Shown: piece after piece, positions 14,960-26,869 of the stretch
Layout: the number at the start of each line of letters is the position of its first letter
Position numbering within the stretch: the first letter of the stretch is position 1
NCBI RefSeq assembly: GCF_009914755.1
Contig: NC_060925.1
Source: the human T2T-CHM13v2.0 reference genome, Homo sapiens
Strand: one strand, 5' to 3'
DNA length: 64,000 nt
Notes under the pieces: generated by a model
Databases searched by the model: none
What the model was told of the DNA's origin: nothing
What the model saw: only the letters and a program-made list of their open reading frames with translations
Translations under genes and position numbers: made by a program

Positions 14960-15270
14960 GCAAGCCCCTGGGCTTGGGGAACTTTTACCATGCTGCTCGT
15001 TTTGCCTGCTTGTCCAAACAGCAGTCTTCTGCTTTTAAGCATTAACTCCTTCACAAAGACTTTCCCGATGTGGGGTGACAGTGTAGTTCCTTGTCACCTG
15101 CTCTCAGCACACCCTGTGCATACCCATGCCATTGCACTTATCACATAATCCTGGCATGATCTCATTGCTTCTCTAGGTTATTGCTTTAGACCCTGAGCTT
15201 CTGGAGCTGTGTTTTTAAATCCCATTTCTCACAGAGCCTGAAGAAGGCCCCTGTTGTGTTTGTTGAATGA
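14960..15270 (+). mobile_element. L2 3' fragment
   Basis: GCACTTATCACA...TAGACCCTGAGCTTCT...TGTTTGTTGAATGAA terminus. Confidence 0.55.
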
Positions 15271-18200
15271 AGCAAGCAAGCAAAGCATCAAGAAAAAGGC
15301 AAATTCAAGTGTATTTCGTGTTTTAGTAGATGTGATTCCCTGAAACTTGTCTACTCCAGTGAGATGAATTGCAAGAGCCTGAACTTACAGGTTCCTGCTG
15401 TTCGTGTTTAGCCATCTTAATGCATCATGGCTGATTGGACACACAAAAACTCTCAATTAGTCTTGTTTTGCCATGGCGCATACAGCCGTGTCCAGAAGTG
15501 ATAACAAAAACACCATACAGCTGCCTGATATTAGTAGGAGACTATATCTGGCCCTATAGAAGGCACTATATCTGGCCCTATAGTCTCGAAATGTGCAAGA
15601 CTGTTGCCATTCAAAGGACCCTAAACCTGGCATAATACCAGGGACCAACAAGTACCACTGGAGGGGCTGAGGCCTCCATTGTGCTGACTACTTGTGATTG
15701 TGCTTTAATCAGGCGAAACTAGGAAGGGGTATCCAAGCAATGATGGCCACAAGTTAAAAAGCCAGAATGGAAAATACAAAATATAAAGTCCTTCAGAAAT
15801 AACTAGGCTCCCATCTTTGCTAGCATCGCCCAAAAACTTAGAAAATCCTGTTCTCTACAATGCCAAGTTATCCACTTGCAATGCCTTGGTAAGCTAACTT
15901 CCAGCCTTGAATGAAATTAAACACAAACAAAAATCTTACCTTCCATACCACTCCTACTCCCCAGCCCTGTACCTCATCCTTGCTTAGCAAAAGACATTTC
16001 TCTTTCTTTCAAAAGAAAGGGAGCTTCTTTTGTTATACCTAAGGACATATGTGAAATTTTGTTACCGAAAAGAAATTGGAATACAAAACGAACAGAACAG
16101 AATGGACTAGAATACATAACAGTTGGCATTGAGTCTCGTGCCAGTTGCATCATGCCACCTGGTAATGCACCAGATGTGAGAAAGAGAGGCAACCTCAGTT
16201 AAGGTAAAGCTTCAAGCCTTGCTTGATATGTTGTGCTGACCATACGTGGTCTAAAGAGAATGATCCAGAGGAAAACAAATATGGGAACACATTTGATTTG
16301 AGGTGAGTGGAATTTCTAGGAAGGATTTGTAAATTAATAATTAAATGTAGAACAAACAGTAAATGTGGTGATAGCATCTTTAAAGTATTTGATTGACTCT
16401 CCTACAATATTTCCACTGAGAATAAAATTTATGTAAGATGGAGTTGGAGGGACTTTGAAAATTAATTTGTGAGAGGCACACAACTGGGGCTTACCATAGG
16501 GACCCAGAAAAACATAAAAAATGCACACACAACCACACACACATACAAATACACATAAATGGGAAAGCTTTAACTGACCCTTAAATAGGGACAAATATCC
16601 CTAGTTCTGGGTGATTAAAATGAAAATTTTATTGAATTAAAAATTAAATGCTATTATTTAACAGTATTTGGTTATTTATTAATGCTTGAAAACACTTTTA
16701 TGAAGAATACTAAAAATGCTATGAAAATACTCTCTAAAGCCACCTATAACTAATATATTTTCATATGTATCTTTTTTCATTTATGCCCTTCTAAATTTGA
16801 GCTTATGTCATTAGTTAAATCAGCAACAAAAGAAAGATAATGGATAATAAGAAAAATGCCTTGTATTTCTATCACCTTCCTTTCAAGAGTCCAGGCATTT
16901 TTGTCGTTAGAGCCGATGCTTAGATGTGAAATTGTTTTTACTGAGTTATTGATGACTGTATCTACGCAGAGCCTAAGTCAAATTATAGTATATTATGGAA
17001 GCAATAGCTTCCTTCAATCTTTTGCATTATTGTACTATAAGAGCCACCTAAGCCCATTACGAAGCTGCCATGAATGTTGTGTCTAGACTATAAGTCATCT
17101 TGGTTTTAACCAAATTAAGTCTCTACTACATGACTCAGATTTAGTATCTTCTGAACATAGCAATGTAATCTGCAGCCATGCAATTATTATAAGAGAAAAC
17201 TAAAACCTAGTGCCTTACAAACAATGGGCATACAATAAATATTAGTTGAACTAAAAATATGACCTGGATCTACTACAAATCTTTCCTATTTTTCTTCTAA
17301 AAATGAATTAAGAGTTACCAATCTATAACATTTTCATCATGTCATCAACATTGATATATGAAATGATATTCCTGGGAAAATCTGGAACTCACATTAGCCA
17401 GAACAGAATAGACTAACACACGTCTTCTGAAAGAACAATGCATTCTTTTAATCTACACCAGTATGCAATCAATTTTCTAGTGGTAGTATCAATATAGGTT
17501 AGATACGCTTCTTAAAATTGGCTTCCCTGGCAAGGATTACTACAAGAATATTCAAAAATAAGCTAAAAATAAACATTAAAAATAATATAAAGAGTGAATT
17601 CCATTAATAAACAGGAAACATATCATACTTTTAAAAGAAGAAGCGATTATATATTTTTGAAGTCTAAGCAATGAGTTCTACTTTCCCCAAATAACTAAAT
17701 TTTTACTTGGGAAGAAGTCTCAAGCTTATCAAGCCAGTGGTATGCTTTGTACCATGGGCATTTAAAGCATTTAATCTTGTATCCATGAATGCTTAACTTA
17801 GAATACATGGTGTTCTACACAGAGATAAATCCCCAGCTGCAATTTATCTCTACTAAGAAGATAAGGAAATGGAGGAAATGGATTTAAATAAAAGAATAAA
17901 GAAAAATAGGTTAGGCAACTTGAGTTTCTATATGGATTTTCTACTCAATGCAATTACTTAAAGAGACTTTGTAGAAACCTTTTTTTTTTGGAAGGATTTA
18001 AAAATGAAATCTGTTTTCTCTCCCTGGGACCATCTCAAGAGGGCCTTCCCTAATGTTAGGAGTGAGAACAAACTTTATTTTTGTATTAATGTATTAATGA
18101 AGTATTTGGAAATTGGTATAGAGTTTGAATTCATATTGGTGATTAAGTTTCAAATTCTAATGATTTTTAAGAAGGCCAAGATCACCAATGTGTCTGTTTT

Positions 18201-18339
18201 TAACCACATATTATATATATTTTTAATCATATGAATATAAACTTACAACCATAAGTGACTCAGGCATAAGGAGCAACTAGATCAATAATTTAATTTTAGA
18301 ATAAGAGGAGATCCCACTTGAACAAGATTAACGTATATA

Positions 18340-18617
18340 TTTTTTGAGACAAGGTCTCACTCTGTCGCCCAGGTTGGACTGCAGTGGTGCAATCATGGCT
18401 CACTGCAGCCTTGACCTCCCATGCTCAAGCCTCCCTCCTTAGCCTCCCAAGTAGCTAGGACTACAGGTGTTCATGCCACCATGCCCAGCTAATTTTTTTT
18501 TACTTTTTGTAGAGATGGGGGTCTCCCTATGTTGCCCATGCTGGTCTTGAAATCTTGTGCTCAAGTGATCCTCCCACCTCAGGCTCCCAAAGTGCTGGGA
18601 TTACAGGCATAATCCAC
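18340..18617 (-). mobile_element. AluJ
   Basis: GAGACAAGGTCTCACTCTGTCGCCCAGG...TCAAGTGATCCTCCCACCTCAG. Confidence 0.93.
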
Positions 18618-19560
18618 AGTTGAAGGATGATTTCATATTGAAAGTATAAGATATTTTATCAGATAAAATTTAAAGTTTCTGAAATAGTCAAGGGGCTTAG
18701 TCAGAAAAGAGAGTTTATGTTTGAAAAATATTCTTTTTTGAAATAAGTGTTCATATATATGGACTTTTTCATTTTTGTTTGTTTAATTCCCATATCTACT
18801 GGGATCTTTTGTTTTAAACCACCCAATGGAGAGTACTGAACTGGTTTTTCTTGTGAGATTCTTGTTCAATTTGCTCAATTCTAATGGTTATAACATTTAC
18901 CGATCTCAATTATACTGTAATGAAGTCAAGATACTTTCTGTCAAGCAAGTATCCAACACCACTTAGTAATTTGTCTGCCAAGGCACGTGAAGAGTTAAAT
19001 GCAAAACACGAGAATTAAAGTTGAGCCGTAAAAGCAATAAGTGTTTTACTTCTATCTCATTTGGGACCTCCTAAGGGAAGAAACTAGTGAGCTATGCAGA
19101 CTTGAGGGGAAATAAAAAAAGAAATTGTCCCAATGCTATTCAGTAATCAATTGGAGAAAAAAAATCAGTCAGTATCAGGTAATAAAATATGGAATTAGGG
19201 TAGAGCATTTGCCTGAGGATATATCCTGTAGTAAAGGTTATTTTTCATGATTTATAAGGGTTTTTAAAGAAGCTTGCGGAATGCCACGGGAGAAATGAAG
19301 ACTTCTGAAAGCTTTACATTGTTCTGCAAGTGCTTTCATAATACTTGTTTATGTTTTAAGGTGGGGGGGGGGGGTGGGGGAGAAATTGTACAGCGAGGTG
19401 GAACGGTTATTGACCAGATTGATCATGGGAACAAATCTGCCGGTGGTAACCTTGTTTAATGATATGTTGCTGGGCTCAGCACCTTGCTGAGGCTGTGATT
19501 CTTCACCGGCTGGGGCCGCATGATGGATCGCGGTAGGAAGCTGATGGTGCAATCACTCAC

Positions 19561-19720
19561 CGGCCGTCAGCGACACCTGCAGCAACCTGACACTCGTCCC
19601 CGCTGAACGGAGCAGCCAGGCTGCCCGGCCCATTGGGAGACAGGAAGGTTCCTCCAAAGAGAGCACACAGGAGCGCTTTCTCAATCTCTCTCTGTCTCTC
19701 TCTCTCTCTCTGTGTCCTGA
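19561..19720 (-). other. Candidate minus-strand (alternative first) exon; 5' end uncertain
   Basis: Consensus donor CCG|GTGAGT (intron starts at 19560); local CpG enrichment 19390-19680 in AT-rich surroundings; ATG at 19633 open to the donor (MGRAAWLLRSAGTSVRLLQVSLTA, phase 1). Confidence 0.55.
19685..19711. repeat. (TC)n microsatellite
   Basis: TC run with one TG interruption. Confidence 0.9.
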
Positions 19721-20589
19721 ACCTTCTTGTGTAGGGCATTTCTTTTGAGTTTTTGTTTATGACTTTTTTCCAAAATAACTTGAGTCCCTTCACAGCTAGA
19801 CTTCTCAATTCCTTTCTCACACCCACAGAGCTCATGAAGGCTTCTTTCACTGTGGCCAAACAGAAGACCAAACAAGGCCCTGAGTCTGAATATAAAACCT
19901 AAAGATGTAAGGAGGAAGGGGATGTAATTATTTTGAAGCAAAATATAAAATCATATTTTATCGTGTTTTTCCTAGTTTTGATAAATGAATTAGTGGGGTC
20001 AAATTTGTTTGGCACAGTTTGCATAATGAAGTCGGTTACATGGATCTACATTACTAGGTTGGAAATTCTCTAAGTGTCAGCTCTGCGCCTTTTATCTTTA
20101 TATCCAGCACCTCATACCTAATTGTTTGCTAAAAAACAAAACAAAAATGAAATGAAGGCACATTCAATTGGTTTGAGAAACAACAAAACAGTGTAAGAGA
20201 ATACTTTTTACCGTGCGACTCCATCTATCTATGATTCCCTATTGCTTACCCTATTAAATCTAAACTGGCCTACCCTGCAAAATACAGCCCCAAGAACCAA
20301 ACTTAATGCCTGTACTCTCCAATATGATTTTTTCTTTGGCTTAGTCAGGACCATTTCATTGTTCCCATCATCCGTGCCAATTCTCGACTTTGGGCTTCTT
20401 TTTTCTTTTCTGCTACCGAGTGTTCTCCTCTCCTCTTTCCCTCTATTTACCGGCTCTTCTAGTGCCAGCCTAGTCCCACTGCTTATAAGAAGTACTCCTT
20501 CATTATTCTGGCCTTCACTTACCCTTTATGTTGGCCGCTTGTTTGCCTCCTTTTCCTGCATTCCCTCCTTCCAACCAGTCCCAAGATGT

Positions 20590-21016
20590 GTTTGACAAGG
20601 TTCTGGTTCCAAGGATGCTCACTCCATCCTCAGCTCTAAAAGCAGGACTTGAGACTTGAGCTAAACCCAGGGACTGAATTCCCTTGATGGTATATTTGGT
20701 TCAGGGATAGACATATGAAATTTACTAGGGTTTGGCTAAAATGCTGAGACAAAGATGCACTTTCTTTTCCAACTGCACAAACAAGCATGCAGGTCTAGGA
20801 GCTGTTGGAAAACATCTTGGAACTATGAACAAGTTAGACCTAGGATGAAACTGACACTCCTGTAGGTAAGGTAGAAAGAAGGAAGCATATGAGACATGCG
20901 ATGAATCACTAAGATTCTCAATTAGGTCGTTTCCAATGCCAGTCTAAAGACAACTCAGTTTTGTAAGCTAAGTATTCTCTTTAGGTTTTGGCCAGTTTCT
21001 GCTCCTTGCAACAAAA
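20590..21016 (+). mobile_element. Old MLT1 (K/L-like) MaLR LTR remnant
   Basis: TTGGTTCAGGGATAGACATATGA, GGAGCTGTTGGAAAACATCTTG, CTTGCAACAAAA end; judged by eye. Confidence 0.45.
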
Positions 21017-21331
21017 CCGCCATCATATTCTTTGAACAAATTTGCATTTGCAATAAATAGACACCGCTCATTTTGGCTTTTCTATGTTTTTGAGCAAGCA
21101 ATTATTTTCTCTCCAACAACGTTTCTTGAGGGTACAACAATATCCATTGGTTCTTCTGTTTTCTTCCTTGACCACTGTGCTGGTACAGAGTAGACAGTCA
21201 ATACACATTCAGGGTTTGACTCCTGGCTTTGACTTATGCTTTGTCCTCCTTGACAAAGACATCATCTCTTCAGGCAGTAGCACCACATGCTTTATGACCT
21301 GCTAGCTCCATTGATCGGGCATGATCTATTG

Positions 21332-21539
21332 CAAGTTTGTTCAACCCGCAGTCCATAGGCCGCATGCAGTCCAGAGTAGCTTTGCATGCAGCCCAACACA
21401 AATTCGTAAACTTTCTTAACACATTTTTTTTTGCGATTTTTTTTAAGCTCATCAGTTATCATTATTGTATTTTATGTGTGGTCCAAGACAATTCTTCTTC
21501 CAGTGTGGTCCAGGGAAGCCAAAAGATTGGACACCCCTT
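21332..21539 (-). mobile_element. MER30 hAT-Charlie MITE
   Basis: Ends CAGGGAAGCCAAAAGATTGGACACCCCT (reverse complement of MER30 start); 8-bp TSD ATCTATTG/CTCTACTG. Confidence 0.9.
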
Positions 21540-22279
21540 CTCTACTGTAATGCAGTACAGAAGTCATTTTCATCTCCTGTATCAAGAAGGAGATTTACAG
21601 ACAGAAGAAGTGATTAAGAATTCTCTAAGCAGATTTTTACATATTTTGTTAATCATTCAACTAATATCTGTTGATCAAATCTGTGTTACATTGCCTTTTC
21701 TATTATGGGCATCTCAATCTTGACTGATTGGCTAACGTATTTCCAAAAAATGATACATGTCATTTTGTCAAATACCAACTACTGTCCAGACTATTTTTTT
21801 ATTTCTCCACTGTTCCTGCTGTTCTGCCACCTTCTTTGCGATCCAGGGTAGGAAGTGATATACACAAGAAAACAGGCTTGTAATCAACCCTCAAAAACGA
21901 TGGCTGGTTTGTCAGAGCCTTTAGGGCTACACATAATCACTAGTCACTAAAACCAAAATACCAAACAACTACTGCATGTAGACATAACTACTTAACACAC
22001 TCATGGTTTATGTTATTTAAACGAATATAGGAAATGTTTGTACATTATCTCAACTTTAGAGACTTCATCTTAAGCAAGTTACAGAGAGTTATAAATGTAA
22101 TTTAGACAGAGGTCCAAAGCTCTGAGACTTTCTAGTCAATTTCGTTTCTCATATAAGAAATATTTTCTGATAGAAACCTACTTAAAATAGAAGCTATTTC
22201 AGGAAAATACATTTCTGAGAAAGACTAAAACATCTTGCTACACTCTAAGATAGACGTTATCAGTCTTCATTATGCATAA

Positions 22280-22411
22280 GAATTGTCTTTGAGCTTGTAA
22301 TACAGAACCCTGGGTGCCACTCACAATGAATCTGATTCCATAGGTTGGGGCAGAGCCCCAGGTAACGAGATGCTGCTAATACGGCTAACCTAGGGTCCAT
22401 TTTAGTAGCAC
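22280..22411. mobile_element. MER5A-like hAT fragment
   Basis: TCTGATTCCATAGGTTGGGGCAGAGCCC...GATGCTGCT...AGTAGCACTG. Confidence 0.55.
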
Positions 22412-25400
22412 TGTCCTGAATGCTACCCTGCCCGAATTCTCTCACAATAGTGGCAAGTTTACATTTTTTCAGCTTTTCTGCCAAACGAGATTATCACTAG
22501 GCCAAGTAAGTTGTAAGTATAGAATTGGAAAATCAAGTTTCTAGCTAAATGCTTTTTATTTTATTCAACTTGTTTACATGATTTAGCATTGCAGCTCTAG
22601 TAATTTTTTAAAATTATCCTTTAGCTAAAAAGAAAGCAGTAAGTCTAAAATTCCAGGTTCATGAACTGGGTTGAATGGGTACTTGTATCCTGATTTGGTT
22701 ATATGTTATTTGTCTTTTTCTCAGACAGGCACTTGAGTTCTGTCTTTTTCGTATTCTTGATATTACTAATTACATTGCTGTCACTTGAGAAATACTACTA
22801 TGTATATTATTAGTAATGCTACTACTAATAAATCACTATGCCAGTCTACTTCAAAAAGTTTCATTAGCAAGCTATGTGCACGATACCTTTCAGGGGGAAA
22901 TAAAAAAGCTCGCCTTATAAGCCATGAAGAATCAAAAGCTGCAAGACATTGAAAAATAACAGCACTGAGATCTACTGGGGTGGCGGGAAGGGATGTAGAA
23001 AGGTGAGAATTGTGACTTTCCAATAGAGAGCTCAATCATGTTGTCTCCTTAGGTAGCTGTCTCATTGGCTTACTCTGTTTACTTAGAGATCTATTTGTAA
23101 AGGTATTGTTCTAGATGTCAACCAAAAGATCCTTCAGGAGCATTGAACCTGATAATCAGTGTCCGCAGCCCTCAAAACACAAAACTTGAAACAAATAGAA
23201 AAGTGGAGTTTCATAATTCAAGCTAACCAAAAACATTTTCAAGCTTCAACTTTTCAAGTTTTATTATATTGTTGTTCATCCTTCACTCCTACCAGCATAA
23301 CATTATAATATTCTTTCAAGAATGCCATCATATGTGGGTGTGTGTTTGAGAAAAAGGTAGAAATGTCATTTTTATTCACTGAAGGATACCACCTATTATT
23401 TAGAGGTAAAACCTCTCCACTTCTCTTCCTTCTGAGTTGTTTCAAAGAAAGAGCTGAAAGGACAGAGAAAATGTTCCCCTGCTGCAGCATCTGGCTCTGG
23501 TTGACTCACCTACTGGCCACATTGGCAGCTTTGGGTCTGCTTTTTAGGGTATTCCTCGTATAGGCAAAAAAGATGAACTTGCCCTTGTGTGACGATATCT
23601 CATTTGGCTTCTCTCTCAATTTGGGGGGTCTATATCAATATTTAAATAAGATTGTAAAAAGCCCATCATGAAAAGGACAAACACATACATATACCCAATG
23701 CCAAAGATTTTTTTCTCCCACTCACAAAGTTTGTTTCACTTAACCATAGTCATCTTTCATCCAGTATCCATTTTATTCGTAAGTCATAAATGCAATTCAA
23801 CGCAAACCTGAAACTGACTCGTATTTAAAAAAAACACTGCAGGTTTCTCTCTATGTATACACAAAAGTTATTTCTTCTTGATTAAGAACCTTCATGCAAT
23901 GGTGTTATAAGGTAGAGGACGTTTTTCATCTAATAATAATAAATGACACACCAAAGGAACATTCTGTATCATGAACACTTTATAACCACAGTTCTTGCTT
24001 GATGGTTAACATAAAACAAAATGGACAAGAGTTAACTATGAATCTAGTAGTCTAATGCTAATTACAATAAAATGATAGGTATTTTAAAGTTGTCTTTTTA
24101 TTTTAGTGTCTTAAAATATACTGTCATAATAGCTAAAATAATTAAAAGCTCTCCAAATAATAAAATGCTGATTTTCTAAAACATTGCTCTAAATAAAACA
24201 AATGTGCATTTTTAAAGATAATGGTCAGTATTATTTGTATTTACTATATGTACCTAAATACAGCAATCCACACATTTACTCAGCATTATGCTCATTTAAA
24301 TAATGTCTATTAATTTTTTAGCCATTGAAAGCTTATTATTAATATAAAACTTTTAATATTTTGTCCCTTTTCATTCTAATTCTTATAAAAAAGAGAAAAT
24401 GGCAATATGAATTACCTTTTATTAATGTTTCTTTATAAATGCTACTTATATAAACATTTACTCCAAATGATTATGTGGACCCTCAGAATTTTAAATTGTT
24501 GTATTTTCCAGATCATTGCTGTAATAGGGAAAATACGAAAAACCAAAAATGCCTTGTAGATTGTAGGTCTGTTTTCTAGGAAGCTAAAATGTTTAATCCT
24601 TCTTTTCTTTGGGTGTAATTTGTCAGTTTAAGAAAAATAAAGGATAATTTGATGTTTGGTAACAATTTAGTTGGCAAATTTCTCAGAGAAATGTAGTAGC
24701 ATTTGCTGCAATTATAAAATGGAGATGTGTTGATAGAATGCTCTGGTGTCAAAAAAATTGGGAACATTTTAAAGGCCATTTCATTTCCCACTCCTATCAT
24801 TTTAAACAATCTATCAGGCTGTATGTAAAAACCACAAGGAAAAATATTAAAGCATTGCAGTGGGTGCATGAACATCTGTGGATATCATTGAAAGCCACTT
24901 AATAATCCCAATGAAAGAAGTTTTACATCTTAAAATCTGAGACCTCCTTATGCAAATCATTTTGCCTTTAGCCATTTCAAAAAGAAATGAAGGACCTAGA
25001 GGATTTTACAGTTTTACATAACACTGGTGAGATGGTTGCCAACTTTGATCTTACATTAATTAGTTAAGATCTTGACTGATCATAGCAACAGCTAACTCAA
25101 AAATCTGGTCCTCAGCTAAAATGAAAAATAGCCACAATCTAACACGATAAATATTTCTGCTTTATTTTGTATTGTATTCTGTATGTTTAGTGTATTATTG
25201 AATGACAATAACAAAACAAAATTTGTCATGTAGTAAAGTGCTTTGCAATGATGTAAGTGCATTTTTTAGCCTTGTTATATAGAAATCAATCTCAATATGG
25301 GTATAAACCAAAAATGTTTTGGTTTTCTTCTGTTTAAAGACTAAGATTTAAGGAAATAACTCTACATACTTAATGTAATTATGGGAAATTAGGTTGTGGG

Positions 25401-26869
25401 TGTACTTCTGTAACATATCAACTCTAAATGAAATGAAATCTATTGCGTTACCATTGGCTGTTTTGTTTTTCCCAGAATGAAGTTGTCTCTAAGATAAAGC
25501 TTAAAGATATAGTTAACTTTTAGAAAATATGACCTTTCTATTATATATGAGAAACTAAAATTTAAAACTCACTAAACAGCCAATCCCTGCAAAGCATTTC
25601 CTTTTCCCTACAGGTAGTATGAAATGGAGCCCAAATGACAGGACCCCATCTGAGCCTCCCCAGCTCCCCTGGTCTGCACAAACCCACTCTATCAATCATG
25701 GCAGGATAATGCATAGAGGCTGCACCTGTGACAGGAAATGATTGAGTGCTGAACACAGGGCCTGCTTCGCCTGTCGCTTTGTGCATTTGTATTTCTCCAG
25801 GGCCGGTCTGAGAATTTTCAGAACTTGGGGGCAGGAGATGAGGGATTCCTATTGTATTTTGAAAAAGAAGGAATAATGCATTTTAATTATCAAGACATAA
25901 CACAAAAGAGAAATTAGGCAGTAAAATGCCCTGGTCCACTCAGGTGTGTGAGAGCATCCGGGTAGCACAGGATGCAATATTATTAAGCTGTAATTTAGTT
26001 TAGATAAGCAGAGGATGCTGAGCATGGCTATTCTTTTGGAGATGCCTGATTCTCTAGTCGCAAAACAGACATTTGTTCCTTTATGATCACACACACACAA
26101 AGAACAAAAGGTCCAGGCTCACCTATTGTCCACAAAGACTGTAGAACCTACCTAACTTATTTGAGGACAGCAGCGAAAAAAAATACTTTTTAATTTTCTA
26201 AGTTCTTCCTGATGTTTTTTGGAAACCTCTGTTTTACTATGACGATCTAGTTATTTACATGGTTTGAGGTAGTGCCATAATCTGTTTTTAAGACATTGTA
26301 ACTGTAGTGTAGTTTTAAATAATTTTCTGCTGATTCAGCCACTTACCGAAAATATATGTGGTGAAACCATGAAGTTTCTATTTTACAGTAGTCAATATTT
26401 TATTCGAGTTAATCCTTCTGCGTAGGATATATTTTTCCATTACACCAGTAAAAATATTGATAACATATTTTATTGTGCACTTTGTTCACATAATTCGAGT
26501 CTGCGTTTCTAAAATGACTAATTACTTTTATTTAAAAAATAACATTATCTATTAAAGAATGGTGACAGTAGGGACTAAACAAAAAGTAAAAACTCCAAAA
26601 CTCTCCCCACCTAGGGTGTGGGGTCGGGGGAGGGAACGGTAACAATAAAAACAACATCTGAATATGTAAACTCAGTTTCTCGGGTTAGAATTTGCATTTT
26701 TGTCAGAACCAGAATTCACTGTACAGGACATCATCACATGCTCAGACTTCTAAAACATTTCGTGGAAGAGAGTAGACTGTTCACCGGATGCCCTTCTATT
26801 TTTGCCGTGCAGGATTAGTACCTTCTACTTCCTTAAATGTAGGCAAATAAAATTACGGAGAAATAAAAT

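Noticed and set aside
19557-19871. 104-aa minus-strand ORF ending just past the splice donor
   Set aside because: Non-ATG start, reads through a (GA)n microsatellite, no recognisable homology.
21337-21723. 128-aa plus-strand ORF
   Set aside because: Starts within and largely spans the MER30 MITE.
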